A stretch of 32,862 nucleotides of DNA from Candidatus Komeilibacteria bacterium RIFOXYD1_FULL_37_29 (GTDB lineage: Bacteria > Patescibacteriota > Patescibacteriia > UBA1558 > GWA2-36-10). The translations under genes were made by a program, and so were the position numbers. The stretch is taken from NCBI GenBank assembly GCA_001818495.1, contig MHKS01000005.1:81326-114187 (forward strand), read 5' to 3'. The notes under the pieces are model-generated. The model was given only the letters and a program-made list of their open reading frames with translations. It was not told the origin of the DNA and searched no databases. This document shows, piece by piece, positions 29,221 through 32,862 of the stretch (position 1 is its first letter; the number at the start of each line of letters is the position of its first letter).

Positions 29221-30480
29221 TTATTTTTTGTCTTCGGCGGGAGCAACTGGTTCCTCAGTGGCTATGGCTTCTTCTTTTTTAGCTGAAGATTTTTTGCTGC
29301 TGGTTTTGATTTTTTTGTCTTCGTGTTCACTGTCACCAGCTTTTGTTTCTTTTTTATCCTCGGTTTCTTTGGCCTCTTTGACTTTTTTATCAATACCTTT
29401 GAGAGAAAGGCCTAAGCGATGGTGTTTTGGTTCAATAGTAAGAATAGTAAATTCGTATTCTTGACCAACAGTGACCAAGTCTTCTGGGTTGGCTACTTTT
29501 TTGCTGCTGAGCTCAGAGATATGGACTAGACCATGGATATCATTGTCCAGCTCCACAAAAGCGCCAAAAGGATTGACTTTCAAAACTTTGCCTTTTACTT
29601 TTTGGCCGATTTGATATTTGGCACTAACTTCTACCCAAGGATCTCTTTGTAATTTTTTGATAGACAGGGATATTTTGGTATCTTCAATATCTATGATTTC
29701 AGCGTGGACTTTATCACCTACTTTTATCACATCACGGGGATTATCAATTCTCTGCCAAGCCAATTCGGAAATATGGACCAAACCTTCTAGTCCGTCACCA
29801 AATTCTACGAAAGCTCCAAAATCTACTACGCCAGTTACCTTACCGTCTATTTTGTCACCGACTTGGAATTTGGAAATTACTTTCTTTTGTTTATCATCCC
29901 AAGCAGCTTTTTCAGAAACAATCAGTTTTTCTTCTTTTTCATTTATATCCAGCACCTTAGTTTTTAGGTATTGGTTAACAAAGCTTTTGAGGTGAGTAAG
30001 AATTTTATTTTTATCGCCGCCTTCAATGCGAGGATAATGCTCAATGGTGAGTTGTGATACTGGTAAAAATCCCACTACATTGCCGATTTTTATCATCAAA
30101 CCACCCTTATTGGCGTCGATTACTTTACTGTCGACAATGTTGCCATCGCGGTGTAATTTTTCCAAATGATCCCAAGCTTTTTTATGACCGGCTTCACGCA
30201 GTGATAATTCCATATAGCCGTTTTCATTGTCTAGACCAATGACAGTAGCGGCCGCTGTGTCGCCGATTTTTAAACCGGAGCTGTCATCTGATTCATCGTA
30301 TATTTCTCGACCACGAATAATACCGGTAGTGATACCGGCTAAATCAAGATAGATTTCATTTTTAGAGACGCTAATGACTGTACCAGTGACCAAGTCACCC
30401 AATTTGGGAACACTAAACGCTTTTTCATCTTTTAGCAGTTCATCCATCGGATGCTGGCTGATGGTTTTTTCTTCTGACAT
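29221..30480 (-). CDS. rpsA: 30S ribosomal protein S1 (four S1 domains) with a Lys/Glu-rich C-terminal tail
   Basis: Repeated S1-domain signatures: GDLVTGTVISV, GFLPVSQL, GDKIDGKVTGVVDFGAFVEF..GLEGLVHISEL and GQKVKGKVLKVNPFGAFVEL..DIHGLVHISEL. Confidence 0.9.
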   Translation of the reverse strand: MSEEKTISQHPMDELLKDEKAFSVPKLGDLVTGTVISVSKNEIYLDLAGITTGIIRGREIYDESDDSSGLKIGDTAAATVIGLDNENGYMELSLREAGHKKAWDHLEKLHRDGNIVDSKVIDANKGGLMIKIGNVVGFLPVSQLTIEHYPRIEGGDKNKILTHLKSFVNQYLKTKVLDINEKEEKLIVSEKAAWDDKQKKVISKFQVGDKIDGKVTGVVDFGAFVEFGDGLEGLVHISELAWQRIDNPRDVIKVGDKVHAEIIDIEDTKISLSIKKLQRDPWVEVSAKYQIGQKVKGKVLKVNPFGAFVELDNDIHGLVHISELSSKKVANPEDLVTVGQEYEFTILTIEPKHHRLGLSLKGIDKKVKEAKETEDKKETKAGDSEHEDKKIKTSSKKSSAKKEEAIATEEPVAPAEDKK

Positions 30481-30503
30481 ATTAATTATTATTAATTATC
30501 CCT

Positions 30504-30547
30504 TTTCCCTGGCGGGAAACGAGCCTTCAAGTTTGTCGAGTTTGAAG
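30504..30547 (-). promoter_or_regulatory. Two hairpins in the SD-less rpsA 5' leader
   Basis: The minus strand reads CTTCAA-actcgacaaac-TTGAAG, then TTTCCC-gcca-GGGAAA, then a 20-nt pure A/U tract (TAATTAATAATAATTAAT) ending at the ATG. Confidence 0.45.
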
Positions 30548-30737
30548 ATAAGTAGTTAATTAAAAGCTGCCTTACATTAACATAAATTGTAAAAAAAATC
30601 AAGAGTATTAGTTTTGGGGGTTTTTTAGTAAAAAAAGCCCATAAAAAGGGTCTAAAAATAGCTATTTTAATCTTTACTTTTGACCCCATTTATGATAAAA
30701 TATTCAGTATTAAAAGGTATAAAAAATTGTTAAAAAT

Positions 30738-31343
30738 ATGATAATTTCATGGCACGGCTTTAATTATTTTAAGCTCAAAGACAACGAGCATTCTTTGGTC
30801 CTCAATCCTTATGCTTTGGATAAGGATAGTAAGTTTTCCTCCGTTAATGCCGATGTAATACTTTTTTCTGACCCCAATCAGGTGGCTAAAACAAAATTTA
30901 ATAAAGAAGCTTTTGTGGTTGACTCTCCCGGTGAGTATGAGGTCAGCGACATTTTTGTTTATGGTCGCAACATCAAGGGTAACATTGTCTATTATGTGGT
31001 ATTTGAAGATATCAAGATAGCTTTTTTAGGAGAATTTAGTCACGATGATTTATCTAATACGGATTTAGAATTAATTGAAGGAGCTGATATCTTGATTTTG
31101 CCAGTTGGCGGCGGAGATTTTACTACTGCCAAGGAAGCTACCAGGATTATTCAGCAGGTGGAGCCTCGGATTGTTATCCCTAGTTGCTATCGAGCCGGCT
31201 CGGGCAAGTTAAAAGTGGATGATGTGTCTAGTTTTATCAAAGAATTTGGGGTCAAACCAGAAGAAGAAGAAAAATATAAAATCAAGAAAAAAGACCTTCC
31301 GCAGGAAGATGTTAAGTTAATCATTCTCAAGCCACAAAAATGA
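30738..31343 (+). CDS. MBL-fold (UPF0173-like) protein with the metal-ligand motifs substituted
   Basis: The architecture matches UPF0173 hydrolases (ISWHGFNYF..., ADILILPVGGGDFTTAKEATRIIQQVEPRIVIPSCY). The HxHxDH position reads FSDPNQ, the later D/H ligand positions read LGE and SCY, and no HxHxDH motif occurs anywhere. Confidence 0.6.
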   Translation: MIISWHGFNYFKLKDNEHSLVLNPYALDKDSKFSSVNADVILFSDPNQVAKTKFNKEAFVVDSPGEYEVSDIFVYGRNIKGNIVYYVVFEDIKIAFLGEFSHDDLSNTDLELIEGADILILPVGGGDFTTAKEATRIIQQVEPRIVIPSCYRAGSGKLKVDDVSSFIKEFGVKPEEEEKYKIKKKDLPQEDVKLIILKPQK

Positions 31344-31951
31344 TAATATTTGAACCAGGCGGTGGTAAAAATCTTATTTTAGTTGCTTTGGTTGGGCTAT
31401 TTGCCGTGGTGATTATTTGGCAGTGGATGGCCAGCGATCCATTTTCTAGCATTGATAAAAAAAATTATTTTTTGTCACAGCTCAAAGAGGGTACCCAAGA
31501 TGCCACGCAGGCCTTTGCTGACGTGAGAAATTCTTTTGATCAGGGTAAAGAAGAAATCAAGTCAGCCGGCGATGAGGTGGCCAAACAACTTCAGCAGGAG
31601 AAATTACTAGACGAGACTAAAAAATATTTAGAAGAAAAAGAAAACAATCTTAATTTGGAAGTACCGGAAAATAAAGAAGACTGTTTAGCTCAGGGCGGCG
31701 AGTGGAAAAAATTTGGGCCAGGAGATCAAGAAGAATGTAATCTATTTACTACCGATGCTGGTAAAGAATGTAGTGACGGTAAGGAGTGTCAGGGATTTTG
31801 TTTTGTGGAGTCAGCCGAAATCATCAGTCAGGCCGACCTTTCATCCCCCGTCAGTACAATGGGTATTTGTTCAGACAGCACAGTAGTTACTGGCAAATGT
31901 ACTGCTTTTGTCATCGGTGGTAAAACTAGTGGGAAACTTTGTATAGATTAA
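31340..31951 (+). CDS. Hypothetical membrane-anchored protein with a Cys-rich C-terminal domain
   Basis: The start overlaps the upstream stop (ATGA). N-terminal anchor LILVALVGLFAVVIIWQW, a charged helical linker, and 9 Cys in the last ~90 aa (CLAQGGEW..CNLF..CSDGKECQGFCF..GICS..GKCTAF..KLC). Confidence 0.6.
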   Translation: MIIFEPGGGKNLILVALVGLFAVVIIWQWMASDPFSSIDKKNYFLSQLKEGTQDATQAFADVRNSFDQGKEEIKSAGDEVAKQLQQEKLLDETKKYLEEKENNLNLEVPENKEDCLAQGGEWKKFGPGDQEECNLFTTDAGKECSDGKECQGFCFVESAEIISQADLSSPVSTMGICSDSTVVTGKCTAFVIGGKTSGKLCID

Positions 31952-31975
31952 TATAGTCAAGAATTTTTAAAAAAT

Positions 31976-32862
31976 ATGTCAATTAAGAAAAAATCTGTTA
32001 TTGACCCCGTAGTTGAAGGGGGCTCAAAAAAAGAAAAACCCAAGCAAGATATTTTGATAGATAATCGTGGTCATGTAGAACCATTGTCTATAGTGGAGGA
32101 AATGCGCAACTCATATATTGATTATGCCATGAGCGTCATAGTCTCTCGGGCCTTGCCTGATGTGAGAGACGGTCTAAAACCAGTCCATCGTCGTATTCTC
32201 TATGCGATGTGGACTATTGGCCTAAGACACAATGCCAAGTTTAGAAAATCAGCCACGGTTGTCGGTGAAGTCTTGGGTAAATATCATCCCCATGGTGATA
32301 GTGCTGTTTATGATTCTATGGTTAGGATGGCTCAGGATTTTTCTATGCGCTACCCACTAGTCAACGGTCAGGGAAACTTTGGCTCTATGGACGGAGATGG
32401 TGCTGCTGCTATGCGTTATACCGAGGCCAAGCTCCAAGCAGTGGCCGAAGAGCTGATGTTTGATATAGATAAAAATACTGTAGATTTTGTGCCCAATTAT
32501 GACGGCTCACACAAAGAACCACGGGTTTTACCAGCTAAATTACCCAATTTATTATTAAATGGCACCACTGGTATTGCCGTTGGTATGGCTACCAATATTC
32601 CGCCACACAATCTCGGAGAGTTGATTGATGCCATTTTTTTATTGATTGATAATCCCAAAGCTACCATTGATGATTTGATGGCCGTAGTTAAAGGTCCAGA
32701 TTTTCCTACTGGTGGTATGATTTATAATATTGAAGACATCAAAGCAGCTTATGCCACTGGACGAGGTGGTATTGTGATGCGTGGTGAAGCAGAAATTGTT
32801 GAGACCAAATCTGGTCAATTTAATATTATTATTTCTTCTGTTCCTTTTCAGGTCAACAAAGC
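31976..32862 (+). CDS. gyrA: DNA gyrase subunit A; the 3' end runs off the window
   Basis: It is not in the ORF track because no stop lies in the window. My translation reads [12 protein letters not shown]...[39 protein letters not shown]...[49 protein letters not shown], which is the GyrA N-terminal and QRDR region. Confidence 0.95.
   Translation, partial: MSIKKKSVIDPVVEGGSKKEKPKQDILIDNRGHVEPLSIVEEMRNSYIDYAMSVIVSRALPDVRDGLKPVHRRILYAMWTIGLRHNAKFRKSATVVGEVLGKYHPHGDSAVYDSMVRMAQDFSMRYPLVNGQGNFGSMDGDGAAAMRYTEAKLQAVAEELMFDIDKNTVDFVPNYDGSHKEPRVLPAKLPNLLLNGTTGIAVGMATNIPPHNLGELIDAIFLLIDNPKATIDDLMAVVKGPDFPTGGMIYNIEDIKAAYATGRGGIVMRGEAEIVETKSGQFNIIISSVPFQVNK

Noticed and set aside
29228-30559. Plus-strand ORFs 29228-29464, 29618-29995, 30054-30242 and 30374-30559 opposite rpsA
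   Set aside because: They are Ser-rich antisense frames of the S1 gene.
30492-30689. Minus-strand 65-aa ORF in the rpsA/MBL intergenic region
   Set aside because: It overlaps the predicted rpsA leader hairpins and promoter region. It has no RBS or promoter, its translation is low-complexity and basic, and it would run straight into rpsA. It is probably non-coding.
1-32862. CRISPR arrays, IS elements or transposases, rRNA genes and UGA/UAG recoding
   Set aside because: There are no regularly spaced direct repeats and no transposase or integrase motifs. The long conserved genes (valS, glmS, ftsH, pilB, gyrA) are uninterrupted under the standard code, so an alternative code is not needed.

Overview
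AT-rich, tightly packed bacterial chromosome segment read with the standard genetic code. There is no sign of UGA recoding, since valS, glmS, ftsH and pilB are all intact. Gene content and style fit a reduced-genome Patescibacteria/CPR-type organism: no Shine-Dalgarno (SD) sequence at most genes, Lys-rich tails on NusA and S1, and secreted FN3-repeat proteins. I call 32 protein genes, including two edge-truncated genes that are missing from the ORF track (nusA 1-1262 minus, gyrA 31976-32862 plus), and one tRNA-Glu(UUC). I also call twelve near-consensus sigma70 promoters (TTGAC[A/T]-17/18 nt-TAnnnT) and a set of hairpin terminators. Housekeeping genes: nusA, yraN, glmS, tsaD, tsaE, valS, pilB-type ATPase, ftsH, rpsA, gyrA. 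Accessory content: (i) an envelope glycosylation locus at 2399-10215, made of a methyltransferase, a GT2 polyprenyl-P glycosyltransferase, a GT-C membrane transferase, a GT-B/methyltransferase fusion, glmS and an NRS/ER-type sugar reductase; (ii) a segment next to tRNA-Glu holding an orphan 366-aa enzyme-like ORF and a 67-aa ORF; (iii) a thioredoxin-DsbD fusion flanked by two secreted FN3-repeat proteins; (iv) two small, GC-richer membrane-protein cassettes, each with its own promoter and terminator. The clearest pattern is that four ORFs carry strong SD sequences (10408-11508, 11813-12016, 24063-24371, 26139-26498). The roughly 20 other start sites I inspected have none, and some look leaderless, so these four look like acquired genes. 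A family of related GC-rich palindromes (ATCCCCGC...GCGGGGAT) recurs at gene junctions. I saw no rRNA, CRISPR array, transposase or integrase. Function calls rest on motifs I recognised by eye; no database search was run.
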